A stretch of DNA of 64,000 nucleotides from an uncultured Acidobacteriota bacterium (GCA_963741955.1 CAVUKB010000006.1:288001-352000); one strand, 5' to 3'. Positions 1 through 9,609 are shown, counted from the first letter of the stretch. A program made the numbers and translations. The notes: generated by a model not told the origin, from the letters alone.

Positions 1-514
1 TGAATCGCGAGCGGTCGCCGGCGAAAAGCGCGCGGCTCGCTTCTTCGAAGCCGGGAAGATCTCCGGCCATCGCGGACATGAAGCGGTACGCCGCTTCGCG
101 CGATTCGCGGACCGCATCGGTCTCGCGGTTCGCACGCCTCGCTTCGTCGACCAGTTTCCTCAGGGCCACGGATGCGCCACCAGGTTGCTTCGACAACCAT
201 TCCCAGTGGCGGGGGAGGAGCGTCACTTCACGCGAGACCACACCGAGCCGCGGGCGTCCCGGCCCTTTCTGTCGCTGCGCGACGGGCGGAGCCTCCTCCC
301 CCGACTTCTCCAGTCGCACCAGGATCTCGCGCATGCTTCCGTGCAGATCGACGTCGATCACCCGTCCGGTGGCGTCGTCGAACACGAGGGCGGCGGATTG
401 ATGCCTCCGGCCGATCGATTCTTTGATTTTCGCGGCGACATCTGCCAGCGTTCCGGACGCGACGCGGCGTCCCTCCTCGAATGCGGTGTAGCTTTCCTGC
501 GGTTCTTCGCTCAT
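1..514 (-). CDS. DUF2239 family protein (3' end outside window)
   Basis: Manual translation from ATG 514: MSEEPQESYTAFEEGRRVASG...LVFDDATGRVIDVDLHG...GPGRPRLGVVSREVTLLPRHWEWLSKQPGGASVALRKLVDEARR...YRFMSAMAGDLPGFEEASRALFAGD, the typical DUF2239 signature. Not in the ORF track because it is truncated. Confidence 0.85.
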   Translation of the reverse strand, partial: MSEEPQESYTAFEEGRRVASGTLADVAAKIKESIGRRHQSAALVFDDATGRVIDVDLHGSMREILVRLEKSGEEAPPVAQRQKGPGRPRLGVVSREVTLLPRHWEWLSKQPGGASVALRKLVDEARRANRETDAVRESREAAYRFMSAMAGDLPGFEEASRALFAGDRSRF

Positions 515-534
515 CGGTTCATCCTCGGTTCCGC

Positions 535-574
535 TTTATACCCGGGTGAAATGAATTCGTCAATAGACCCGGGT
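535..574 (-). promoter_or_regulatory. sigma70-type promoter (TTGACG-N17-TATAAA) of the DUF2239 gene with two ACCCGGGT palindromes
   Basis: Minus strand: -35 TTGACG at 563-558, -10 TATAAA at 540-535. Perfect palindromes ACCCGGGT at 540-547 and 567-574. Confidence 0.7.
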
Positions 575-584
575 AAAATTGCCG

Positions 585-1031
585 TCACCGATCGTCGCGG
601 CGCTTCACGAAGAGATGGGAAGTCTTGGCCTGTCGGTAGCCTTCCCGCAGGTAGAACGCGTGGGCCCGCTCGCGAACCACGTTCGAACGGATGTGGATCT
701 CTTCCACTCCGCTGCGACGCGCCCACTCCTCCGCTCTGGAGAGGAGATCCACGCCGATGCCGCTTCCGCGGTATTGGCGCGCGACGACCAGCGACGCGAT
801 CTGAACGAACGGATCGAGCTCCAGCTGTCGCCGGATCGCCGCGTGGATCCAGCCGACCGCGCGGTCGCCCTCATCGACCGCGAGAAGCACGAGATCGTCC
901 CGCCGTTCGAGAAGTGAGGCGAGACGATCCCGAAGCTGCTCCCCGGTGGACGGATAGCCGAGCTGCCCGCTGAGATCGGCCAGTTCCGGCGCGTCCGTCA
1001 GGCGTGCATTGCGAATCACGATCGCGGCCAA
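585..1031 (-). CDS. GNAT family N-acetyltransferase
   Basis: Acetyl-CoA motif (QYRGSGIG) and SNVVRERAHAFYLREGY. Start uncertain (TTG 1031 or GTG 1020 region). Confidence 0.85.
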   Translation of the reverse strand: MAAIVIRNARLTDAPELADLSGQLGYPSTGEQLRDRLASLLERRDDLVLLAVDEGDRAVGWIHAAIRRQLELDPFVQIASLVVARQYRGSGIGVDLLSRAEEWARRSGVEEIHIRSNVVRERAHAFYLREGYRQAKTSHLFVKRRDDR

Positions 1032-1134
1032 GATGGAGATTCCCCGGCCGGATTGTACGCCGGAAGACCCGCTCGACCGTTGGCTCCCCGTCGCGTGCCT
1101 CCCCTCCCCCGGCGCGATTCGAAGCAACGCGGCT

Positions 1135-1566
1135 TCACGCCTGTGACGGAGGATTCTCGATCGCCGCCGGATCCATCCAGATGACTTCCCAGTGATGGCC
1201 GTCGGGATCGTAGAAGCTCCAGCCGTACATGAACCCCTGGTCGACCTGATCCTTCGCGTGCGTCCCGCCGGCCGCGAGCGCCTTCTTCACCAGGTCGTTC
1301 ACTTCGTCGCGGCTGCTGCAGGAAAGCGCGACCAGCCCCTCCGTGTGCGTCGTCGTGTCGCAAAGGTTCTTCGAGGTGAACGTCTTGAAGAACTCCTCCT
1401 GCAGGAGCATCACGAATCCCTCCTCGCTCACGACCATGCAAGCGGCCTTCTCGTCCGTGAACTGCGGATTGAAGCCGAAACCAAGTGCGCGGAAGAACTC
1501 CATCGAACGATTGAGATCGCGCACCGGGAGATTGACGAACATCTTGCGAGAACCATTCGTGCTCAT
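1135..1566 (-). CDS. VOC/glyoxalase family protein
   Basis: MFVNLPVRDLNRSMEFFRALGF...MYGWSFYDPDGHHWE. ATG overlaps the upstream stop (ATGA). Confidence 0.9.
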   Translation of the reverse strand: MSTNGSRKMFVNLPVRDLNRSMEFFRALGFGFNPQFTDEKAACMVVSEEGFVMLLQEEFFKTFTSKNLCDTTTHTEGLVALSCSSRDEVNDLVKKALAAGGTHAKDQVDQGFMYGWSFYDPDGHHWEVIWMDPAAIENPPSQA

Positions 1567-2000
1567 CGCTGGATCTCCTCCATCGGTTTGGTGCTGTTGA
1601 ACATCCACTCCACTCCGAACTCGTCCGTGACGGCGCCGAACGTGCCCCAGAACTCCTCGTGGACCGGCACCTTCACCCGCCCCGTCGCCGCGAGCGCCTC
1701 GAACCGCCGGGTCATCTCTTCGGGCGTTTCGAAGTCGATCGCGACCTGGACCTGTGCACCGAGCGGCAGCGGCATCTCGCCCGGGACGTCGCTCACCATC
1801 AGCCGCGCGCCGTCGAGATGGACGATGGCGTGCATCACCATGTCTTTGTTCTCGGGTGTGCACTCGATTGCTCCGGGAGGAGCGTCGCCGAAGTGGAGCT
1901 CCGGTTCGACGCGAGCTCCGAGCGCGTGCTCGTACAGTCGGAGCGCCTTGCCTGCGTTTCCTTTGAAGTAGAGATAGGGGGTGATGCTTCGAACGGCCAT
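1563..2000 (-). CDS. VOC family protein (PhnB-like)
   Basis: ITPYLYFKGNAGKALRLY...FWGTFGAVTDEFGVEW; AGGAG RBS upstream. Confidence 0.9.
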   Translation of the reverse strand: MAVRSITPYLYFKGNAGKALRLYEHALGARVEPELHFGDAPPGAIECTPENKDMVMHAIVHLDGARLMVSDVPGEMPLPLGAQVQVAIDFETPEEMTRRFEALAATGRVKVPVHEEFWGTFGAVTDEFGVEWMFNSTKPMEEIQR

Positions 2001-2035
2001 CTTCGTTCTCCTTTCTTGCTGCTGTCGAGAGTTTG

Positions 2036-2062
2036 GACGGTCATGGCTCCTCGAAATCATCG
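2036..2062 (-). promoter_or_regulatory. putative SigG-type ECF promoter CGATGA-N18-GTC upstream of the VOC genes
   Basis: Minus strand CGATGA (2062-2057), 18 nt, GTC (2038-2036). Same architecture recurs at 2527-2553. Confidence 0.65.
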
Positions 2063-2494
2063 GCGGGACGCGAGAATGTTGCGGACCCGCGCGTCGCGCA
2101 GCCACAGCCCTCCCCAGATCAGGACCGCGACATACACCGGAGCGAGAACGAACGTGAGCATCGGTGCTCCGACTCGCACATTCGTCGCGACCGCGCCGCC
2201 GAGATATCCCGTGAGGAGGACCGCGCCGAGCGGAGCAGTGCGGGGAATGACGTAAACCACGAGGCACGCGAGAAGGATGAAGCCGATCGGTGCCACGACG
2301 CCGGCGGGGTAGCCGACCTTGACCGTCCCTTCCACGGCCGCCGGCATCCTGAGGATCTTGATCGTGCAGTCGAAGAGAAGAAAGAGCGTCGCGATCGTGC
2401 TGAGTACACGCCCAACCCAGACTGCGGAGCGGGAGAGGTTCGACGATCTATCGAGGGTGTGTGATGGAGGAATTGTCGAGGTCGTATTGGTCAT
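2057..2494 (-). CDS. DoxX family membrane protein
   Basis: Four TM segments; LYVIPRTAPLGAVLLTGYLGGAVAT-type motif. Confidence 0.9.
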   Translation of the reverse strand: MTNTTSTIPPSHTLDRSSNLSRSAVWVGRVLSTIATLFLLFDCTIKILRMPAAVEGTVKVGYPAGVVAPIGFILLACLVVYVIPRTAPLGAVLLTGYLGGAVATNVRVGAPMLTFVLAPVYVAVLIWGGLWLRDARVRNILASRR

Positions 2495-2526
2495 CAGGAG
2501 CTCCTTCCGTGAAGTTCTGATGCATA

Positions 2527-2553
2527 GACCGGTTCAGAGGTGAAACTTCATCG
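2527..2553 (-). promoter_or_regulatory. putative SigG-type ECF promoter CGATGA-N18-GTC upstream of doxX
   Basis: Minus strand CGATGA (2553-2548), 18 nt, GTC (2529-2527). Confidence 0.65.
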
Positions 2554-2677
2554 GTCGCGCCGCTTCTTTCGTAACCGAATGGGAACGCTCCGCCTGATGC
2601 GCTCGCGCAACGAACCGTGAGTGCGGGGTGGTGCGGGATCCGCGCGCCATCGCCTCTCGACAGGTGGGAGGTTTTCT

Positions 2678-3625
2678 CTACTCCAGCTCGGCAGGCATAC
2701 CGAACCGCGGAAAGAGTGTCTCGGTGTCGAGAAACGCGTTCCAGGCTGCGATGCCGTCGGAACCCATTTCGAAGACGATGATCGCCCATGGCTCCCACGG
2801 GCCGCCGCTCCCGTCCGAGTGGTAATGAGCGAACGCAGGCATTCCGTTGGCGGCGGTCCGGACCAGGCGCGACCCGCGACAGACGGAGCCGCGTCCCAGC
2901 AGCCATCCGCGGATCGAGTCACGTCCTCGCAGCCAGAGCGAGTAAGGCGGCATCGACATCGTGACGTCCTCGCGCAGCAGCCGGACGACACCGTCGACAT
3001 CGTAACGTTCGAATGCGTCGACGAACTGCGCGAGCAGCTCCTCCTGCGATTCGTCGAGTGGCGCGGAGGCGCCGGAGAGATCGCGTGAAGCGAGCGTCGC
3101 CCGGGCGCGCTGCAGTGCGCTGTTCACCGATGCGACGGTGGTGTCGAGACATTCGGCGGTCTCGGCGGCGGACCACCCGAGGACCTCGGTGAGAAGGAGA
3201 GCGGCGCGCTGCTTCGGCGGGATGTGCTGGAGCGCCGCGACGAATGCGAGGCGGATCTTCTCGCGCTGTAGAGCGATTCCTTCCGGATCGCCGTCCGCGG
3301 AGATCGCCACCGCGTCGGGAATCGGTTCGAGCCAGTGCGTACGGGGATGCTCGATCAGCGGCGCGTCGACTGAACCGGCCGGTCCGAAGTCCATGGGGCG
3401 CTCGCGGCGTTTCCGCTCCGAGAGTGCGTCGAGACAGACATTCGTCGCGATGCGGTAGAGCCAGGTGCGGAGCGCCGCCCGTCCCTCGAAGCGGTCGAGA
3501 TTCCGGAACGCGCGAAGCATCGTCTCCTGCACCGCGTCGTCGGCATCGACCACGGAGCCGAGCATGCGGTAGCAATGTCCAACGAGAGCAGAGCGGTGCT
3601 GATCGAGATCGACATCGACGGTCAT
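2678..3625 (-). CDS. ECF RNA polymerase sigma factor, SigG-like, with C-terminal SnoaL-like domain
   Basis: [31 protein letters not shown], region 4 [12 protein letters not shown], then [24 protein letters not shown]. Confidence 0.9.
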   Translation of the reverse strand: MTVDVDLDQHRSALVGHCYRMLGSVVDADDAVQETMLRAFRNLDRFEGRAALRTWLYRIATNVCLDALSERKRRERPMDFGPAGSVDAPLIEHPRTHWLEPIPDAVAISADGDPEGIALQREKIRLAFVAALQHIPPKQRAALLLTEVLGWSAAETAECLDTTVASVNSALQRARATLASRDLSGASAPLDESQEELLAQFVDAFERYDVDGVVRLLREDVTMSMPPYSLWLRGRDSIRGWLLGRGSVCRGSRLVRTAANGMPAFAHYHSDGSGGPWEPWAIIVFEMGSDGIAAWNAFLDTETLFPRFGMPAELE

Positions 3626-3913
3626 GGGTCGCCTCACCTTGCAGCGAAGGACGAGATCGAACGGCTCTGAAAAGCCCGGGATCTCCTGCATCCCGGCTGC
3701 GGTCGCTCTCGTCCGCTCCGACTGCGAACGTCGATTGTAGCCGCCCATCCATTCAATGGGCAATCGCCGGCGCCTCGCCGGTGATCCGCTTCACTCTCGA
3801 ACGGAGGAGATCGAGCTCACTCCGCACCGCAGTCGCTTCCGGCCCTCCTTGCTGCCGGGAATGGTATCGTGCGGATCGCGCGTGCGCGACAGACCATTCG
3901 AGGTGATCTCATC

Positions 3914-5305
3914 ATGAGAAGAATTTCCCGTCTCCTGATCGTCCTGATCGTTTTCTCCTTCACTACGACGCTCTTCGGTGCCGACGCACTGGCTCCCGGA
4001 TTGCGCGAGAAGATCGATGACGCCGTGACGAAGGGCCTCGAGAAGAGCGGTGCGCCCTCGGCATCGATCGCGGTCGTACGCAACGGACAGATCGTCTACA
4101 CGAATGCATACGGGCTGGCGCAACTGAAACCACGTCGGGCGGCGACCGCCGGGATGCGTTACAGCATCGGCTCGATCAGCAAACAGTTCACAGCCGCATC
4201 GATTCTGCTGCTGGCGGAGGAAGGGAAGATCTCCCTCGACGACAAGCTGGTCCGATGGTTTCCCGAGCTCACGCGCTCCAATGAAGTGACGGTACGGGAG
4301 ATCCTATCGATGACGTCGGGCTATCAGGACTTCTGGCCCCAGGACTACGTGATGCCGCGGATGATGCATCCCGTGACGCCTCAGGAGATCCTCGACGAAT
4401 GGGCGAAGAAGCCGCTCGATTTCGAGCCGGGGACACAATACCAGTACAGCAACACCAACTATGTGATCGCCGGAGCTCTGGTACAGAAGGTCGCAGGGAT
4501 GCCCATCGGGGAGTTCCTTCAGCAGCACGTGTTCGGGCCTCTGGGGATGGCCAGCGTGACCGACAGCGACCGCGCGGCGCTCGGGGCTGACCAGCCGATG
4601 CGCTACCGTCGCTTCGCACTCGGACCGCTCCGCCCCGCTCCGAAGGAAGGGCCGGGATGGATGTTCGCGGCGGGTGAACTGGCGATGACCGCTCACGACC
4701 TCGCTCTGTGGGACATCGCGATGATGGATCGGAAGATCCTCTCGCCGGAATCGTGGAAGAAGATGGAGACCGAGGTTCGGCTCGCGAATGGTGTCGGTGC
4801 GAATTATGGACTCGGCGTCGGCGTCAGCGAATCGCACGGCCACCGTCTGATCTCGCACGGTGGCGAAGTGTCGGGATTCACCGCGCGGAACTCTGTGTAT
4901 CCGGACGACGCGACGGCAGTGGTCGTGCTGACGAATCTCGATGCGACATCGGCGTCGTCGGACATCGCCTCCAAGATCGCGGAGCTCCTGTTCGAGACCA
5001 CGGACCAGAAAGCGCTCGAACAGGCGAAGGCGATCTTCGCCACCCTGCAGAAGGGAGCGATCGACCGCTCTCTCCTCACCGCCAATGCGAATGCCTATTT
5101 CAGCGACGAGGGATTGCGGGACTTCGCGAGCAGCCTCGGTCCGCTCGGCAAGCCGGAGTCGTTCACCCAGCAGTCGCAATCGCTGCGCGGCGGAATGACT
5201 CTTCGACGATATACGGTGAAGTTCCCGGAGAAGACGCTGCGGATCACCACATTCACTCTCCCGGACGGAAAGTTCGAGCAGTACATGGTCGCCGCGGCCG
5301 ACTGA
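3914..5305 (+). CDS. secreted serine hydrolase, beta-lactamase (class C-like) family
   Basis: Signal peptide; SISK (SxxK), YSN and HGG motifs. Confidence 0.9.
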   Translation: MRRISRLLIVLIVFSFTTTLFGADALAPGLREKIDDAVTKGLEKSGAPSASIAVVRNGQIVYTNAYGLAQLKPRRAATAGMRYSIGSISKQFTAASILLLAEEGKISLDDKLVRWFPELTRSNEVTVREILSMTSGYQDFWPQDYVMPRMMHPVTPQEILDEWAKKPLDFEPGTQYQYSNTNYVIAGALVQKVAGMPIGEFLQQHVFGPLGMASVTDSDRAALGADQPMRYRRFALGPLRPAPKEGPGWMFAAGELAMTAHDLALWDIAMMDRKILSPESWKKMETEVRLANGVGANYGLGVGVSESHGHRLISHGGEVSGFTARNSVYPDDATAVVVLTNLDATSASSDIASKIAELLFETTDQKALEQAKAIFATLQKGAIDRSLLTANANAYFSDEGLRDFASSLGPLGKPESFTQQSQSLRGGMTLRRYTVKFPEKTLRITTFTLPDGKFEQYMVAAAD

Positions 5306-5350
5306 TCGGGAGTCGAACAGGCGCCATACTGCGATCATCTCGCCCGCAAT

Positions 5351-7144
5351 ATGCGCGTGCCGCCCGAGACCGGTGGCCCAACGGAAGGCTCGCGTCGCTC
5401 GCGTGACGCGGCAGAACCGGAGAGAATGAGGGACGTGAAGGCCCCGCGCGTCAAGATCGACCCGAAATCGCTCGCACCGAAGAGCGCTCTCGACTTCGAC
5501 GGGCTCGTGACGTGGGTCGAGAACGTCGTCCCGAAGCTCCGCCAGTGTGGCGTGCCGCGCCCGCGACGCAACCACATCCAGCGAATGTTCGAAATTCTCG
5601 ACCACGCCGGCAGCGAAGAGGTGTTGGCGTACGACTGGATCGCGCTGGCGAAAAAGATCGCGCAACAACTCGGGTTCGACGCGCCGAAGCTCTCCGGTCC
5701 GAGGAAGTTCGCCATCCGCGAACCCCGCATACGTACGCCCGGCGCCGCGCCACCATGGGGCCGCGGATCGCTGCCGCCATCCGGTTCCTCCGCTCCACGG
5801 AAGCGGAGACGCGAGAAGCGCCTCGCCACACGCCCTCGACGCGAGCCGATCGAGATGAACCCGCAGCTCGAGAAGGCCTTCAAAGCGGTTGCGAACGGCA
5901 AGCCGATCATTTTCGTGACCGGCGGAGCAGGGACGGGAAAGTCGACGTTCATCCGCGAGTTGCGCGAGCGATTCAGCGAGAAACAGAGCGTCGTCCTCGC
6001 CCCGACCGGCGTCGCGGCGCTCAATGCCGGCGGCCAGACCATCCACTCGTTCTGCAAGCTTCCGCTGCGTGTGGTGACGCCGGAGGACATCCGGGAGGTC
6101 GATGACCGGACGGTGATCGAAAAGCTCGAACTGCTGATCATCGACGAGATCTCGATGGTCCGCGCCGACATCCTCGACGGGCTCGAAGCGTTTCTCCGGG
6201 TCAACCGGAGATCGAAAGTCCCCTTCGGCGGCGTGCAGGTCGTCCTGGTCGGCGATCTGTTTCAGCTCCCTCCGGTGGTCACACGCAGCGACCGCCCCTT
6301 CCTCGAGGAGCGGTACGACTCACCCTTTTTCTTTTCAGCGCGGTCCCTGAAGGGCCTCTCGTTCGCACCGGTCGAGCTCCGGACCGTCTACCGTCAGCGC
6401 GACCCGGAGTTCGCGACGATGCTCCGCGCGATCCGGGAAGCGGACACTCCACACGATGCGATCGACAGAATCAACCGGCAGTGCGTCGGGCGAGAGCTCT
6501 CCGGTCGATATCTGACGCTCGTTCCCACCCGGAACGCGGCCGCCGCCCGTAACGAGAGGAGTCTCGCGGCGCTGAGCGGTTCTGCAAAAGAGTACAAGGC
6601 GCAGGTCGAAGGGACCTTCGCTACCGGATCCGACGATCGGACTCCGGCACCCCAGACCCTCGCCCTCAAGCCTGGTGCCCAGGTGATGTTCGTGCGCAAT
6701 CATCCGGAGAAGCTGTGGGTGAACGGAACGGTTGGGACGGTCGAGAAGATGAGTCGAGAGTCGATTCGCGTGCGTCTCGACGACGGAGCTTCGGTCGAAG
6801 TCGAACCGGTGATCTGGGAGAACATCCGCTACTCGTGGGACGAGAAGGAACAGCGCATCGTCGACGAGGTGGTCGGCACGTTCACCCAGTTCCCCCTCAT
6901 GCCGGCGTGGGCAGTGACCATTCACAAGGCTCAGGGACTCACGCTCGATCGGGTCGCGATCGACCTCGGCGGGGGCGCGTTCGCGGATGGTCAGATCTAC
7001 GTCGCGCTCAGCCGCTGCCGAAGCCTGGAGGGACTCTCACTCGCGCGCGCAGTACGCCCTCACGAGATTCGCGCCAGCGAGGCCTCTCGCGACTTCTACT
7101 CTCGAATCCGGACCCGTTCGCGACCGGTATCGCAGAGCACGTGA
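5351..7144 (+). CDS. Pif1/RecD-like SF1B DNA helicase
   Basis: TGGAGTGKS, APTGVAA, IIDEISMV, GDLFQLPPV, AVTIHKAQGLT, YVALSR. Start uncertain. Confidence 0.9.
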   Translation: MRVPPETGGPTEGSRRSRDAAEPERMRDVKAPRVKIDPKSLAPKSALDFDGLVTWVENVVPKLRQCGVPRPRRNHIQRMFEILDHAGSEEVLAYDWIALAKKIAQQLGFDAPKLSGPRKFAIREPRIRTPGAAPPWGRGSLPPSGSSAPRKRRREKRLATRPRREPIEMNPQLEKAFKAVANGKPIIFVTGGAGTGKSTFIRELRERFSEKQSVVLAPTGVAALNAGGQTIHSFCKLPLRVVTPEDIREVDDRTVIEKLELLIIDEISMVRADILDGLEAFLRVNRRSKVPFGGVQVVLVGDLFQLPPVVTRSDRPFLEERYDSPFFFSARSLKGLSFAPVELRTVYRQRDPEFATMLRAIREADTPHDAIDRINRQCVGRELSGRYLTLVPTRNAAAARNERSLAALSGSAKEYKAQVEGTFATGSDDRTPAPQTLALKPGAQVMFVRNHPEKLWVNGTVGTVEKMSRESIRVRLDDGASVEVEPVIWENIRYSWDEKEQRIVDEVVGTFTQFPLMPAWAVTIHKAQGLTLDRVAIDLGGGAFADGQIYVALSRCRSLEGLSLARAVRPHEIRASEASRDFYSRIRTRSRPVSQST

Positions 7145-7429
7145 ACGGGTCGCCCTCCGGTTTCTTTGTCGCCTCGATCGGGGAGTGGCTCCGCTTCTCC
7201 CGAGAATGCAGGTGAGGGTCCCTTCGCGCTCGCGCCGTGATCCGCGCGGCGGATTACGAATTCGCACTCCACGGGTGGGAACGTGTCGATTCGAGCTGCC
7301 GCGAGAATCGTGTTGTACGCGATGAAACGTACGCCCTGTTTCGGACACTCGAAGGAGGAAGGGCCAGGTCCTCCCTCTTCGCGAACCGCGAAACCGGGGC
7401 GCCGGAGCAAAGTTTCCGCTCTCGCCGCT

Positions 7430-7458
7430 TTGACGCTTCCGTCGCGAAGAGGCATGAT
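7430..7458 (+). promoter_or_regulatory. putative sigma70 promoter TTGACG-N17-CATGAT
   Basis: Canonical spacing; ends just upstream of ATG 7473. Confidence 0.45.
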
Positions 7459-7472
7459 TGACGTGGGCGGAA

Positions 7473-8648
7473 ATGGCACGTAAGGCTAAGAGCGCCGGCG
7501 GGTCGAAAAGCCCGGCCCGGCGCAAGTCGAGCAAGGGCGCGGGATCCGGACAGAGTCCGGAAATTCGCGGATCGTCGCATCCGGTGGAGGGAAGCGTCGA
7601 CGACGGTCTGCGCCCCGAAGAAGCCGGAGTTGCGTCTGTGGCGACGGACGATTCGACCGTCACCGCGAGGCTTCCGAGAACCGGCAAACCGGCGGGCGAC
7701 CACGATTCCGTTCCCCACATCCCGCTCGACGCCGACGGCGACGAGACATGGATCGCGAATCGCGACGACCGCGAGCGTAGGAGCCCCGCAGGCTCGGAGA
7801 TCTCCGCGCGACGCGCGAGTCTGGTGGTCATCGCGCACCCCGATCGAACCATGCTCGGCAGCTCGTTTTCCATCTTCCCGGGCACGGCAATGACCATCGG
7901 GCGCTCGGCGGACGTCGAGATCGGATTCCCCGACGTGATGGAGGTCTCCCGGCGGCATGCACGAATCATCCGGAACAGCGACGAAACGATCATCGAAGAC
8001 CTCGGTAGCCGGAACGGGACACTGGTGAATGGCGCGTATCTCGACCGTGCGTGCAATCTCGCCAGCGGCGACGTCATCGAGCTCCAGGTGGTGAAACTGA
8101 AGTTCCTCGAAGGGGACGATCTCGAGCACGGTTACCACGAGGCTCTCTACCACCTGACGATCCTCGACGAGCTGACCGGCATCTTCAACCGGCGGCGTTA
8201 CGACGCGGAAGTGGATCGGGATTTCGCACGCTCGCGACGCCATGGGACTCCCCTCTCGCTGATCATCTTCGACATCGACGGGTTCAAGAGCATCAACGAC
8301 GAATACGGCCATCCCGCGGGCGACGCCGTCCTTCAGCAGATGGCCCGTCTGGTCGAGCAGCACATCCGCCGCGAAGAGATCTTCGCCCGCTCCGGCGGCG
8401 ACGAGTTCCTGATCCTCTGTCCCGACGTTCCGCTGTCGGGCGCCACCACGCTCGCAGAGAAACTGCGCGCTCGCGTCGCAGCGAACGAGTTCGATCTCGG
8501 ATCGGGAACGATCCCGGTCACCTGCTCTTTCGGCGTGGCTGGGATCTCGCCGGCGATGAAGTCACCCGAGGAGCTGTACGCTGCGGCCGACCGTGAGCTC
8601 TACCGCTCGAAGCAGAAGGGGCGGAACGCGGTTTCATCGGCCGAGTGA
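7473..8648 (+). CDS. FHA-domain diguanylate cyclase (FHA-GGDEF)
   Basis: FHA motifs IGR, VSRRHA, DLGSRNGTLVNG; DELTGIFNRR, DIDGFKSINDEYGH and intact GGDEF. Confidence 0.92.
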   Translation: MARKAKSAGGSKSPARRKSSKGAGSGQSPEIRGSSHPVEGSVDDGLRPEEAGVASVATDDSTVTARLPRTGKPAGDHDSVPHIPLDADGDETWIANRDDRERRSPAGSEISARRASLVVIAHPDRTMLGSSFSIFPGTAMTIGRSADVEIGFPDVMEVSRRHARIIRNSDETIIEDLGSRNGTLVNGAYLDRACNLASGDVIELQVVKLKFLEGDDLEHGYHEALYHLTILDELTGIFNRRRYDAEVDRDFARSRRHGTPLSLIIFDIDGFKSINDEYGHPAGDAVLQQMARLVEQHIRREEIFARSGGDEFLILCPDVPLSGATTLAEKLRARVAANEFDLGSGTIPVTCSFGVAGISPAMKSPEELYAAADRELYRSKQKGRNAVSSAE

Positions 8649-8795
8649 GTGAGGCCGGCCCGTTCGCAGAGCTTCACTTCTCCGGGGCACTCACCTTGCA
8701 GCTTTACCTCGTCCGTCTCGCGAGCGAGGGGTAAACCTTTTCCTCACGCCGCCGTATTTTTCTGATGGGGCATTTCGAGAAAGGAGTCGCCGCGA

Positions 8796-8951
8796 ATGGG
8801 ATGTCTTCGTGCAATTCTCTGCCTTCTTCTTCCGCCGCTGGCGGTGGTCGACAAAGGCGTAGGTAATTTCTTCATCGTTTTCGTGCTCACTCTGGTCGGA
8901 TGGATTCCGGGGGTGATCGCGGCGCTGATCATCTGCAACAAGCAGAAGTGA
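8796..8951 (+). CDS. YqaE/Pmp3 family small membrane protein (51 aa)
   Basis: MGCLRAILCLLLPPLAVVDKG...LTLVGWIPGVIAALIICNKQK; AAGGAG RBS. Below the ORF-track cutoff. Confidence 0.85.
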   Translation: MGCLRAILCLLLPPLAVVDKGVGNFFIVFVLTLVGWIPGVIAALIICNKQK

Positions 8952-9267
8952 GAGAAGGGGCCTCCTCCGAGCAATCTGATTGCATCGGAGAGCCCGATGC
9001 CGCGCCCGCTCGAGGGCCACTACACCGCGGCGCTGACCACAGCACTCCGCGCGCTCATTCCGTTCATCGTCACACCACCGCCTCAGCCCTCTTCCGTGAC
9101 GCTCTGATCCGCGATCTCGGGACGGACCGCACCAGCGTATCGGTGGCTCGGGGGCTGGCGACCGCGGGATACGCAATCAGCCGCCAGCTCGCAGCGCCGC
9201 ACCAGACGCGTCTCCGGACGGAACGGGATATGCTCTACACTGGATTACTCACGGGGCTTCGTCGCCA

Positions 9268-9428
9268 GGAGTCTGCGCGATAGAAACGTCCGTAGCGAGA
9301 AAGCGAAGCAGCGAGGCCAAATTCGTTCGGATTTGAGGTGCGTAGCGGTGGCTACTCGCCGAAAATCGGGGCGGATTTGGACCGCTGATCCGCTTTCGCA
9401 GCAGGACAGTTTCTACCGCGCAGACTCC
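9268..9428. mobile_element. hairpin MITE family A, copy 1 (161 bp, IS1182-type ends)
   Basis: TIR GGAGTCTGCGCGATAGAAAC ... GTTTCTACCGCGCAGACTCC; near-identical to 45167-45327 and 54784-54944. Confidence 0.85.
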
Positions 9429-9430
9429 TG

Positions 9431-9570
9431 ACCCGCATTTCTCACACCGTCTCGGCGAGGGGGCGGAGAGCGGCTTGGATACAGGACGAGCGCAGCTTCG
9501 GCGACGAAGGCATAGTGGTGACTACGTTGAAGAGCAAAATCGTCGTCTGACGCCGCAGACTCCCAAGCTG
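9431..9570. repeat. hairpin element family B, degenerate copy lacking the right TIR
   Basis: Begins ACCCGCATTTCTCACACCGTCTCG and contains GCTTCGGCGACGAAGGCATAGTGGTGACTAC like the copy at 45330-45508. Right end approximate. Confidence 0.7.
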
Positions 9571-9609
9571 CGTTGCTCCCACCGTCTCGTTGCAAGGAAG
9601 GAGATCTTG

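Noticed and set aside
8952-9267. Possible transposase remnant (ARGLATAGYAISRQ)
   Set aside because: Similarity too weak and no IS ends found.
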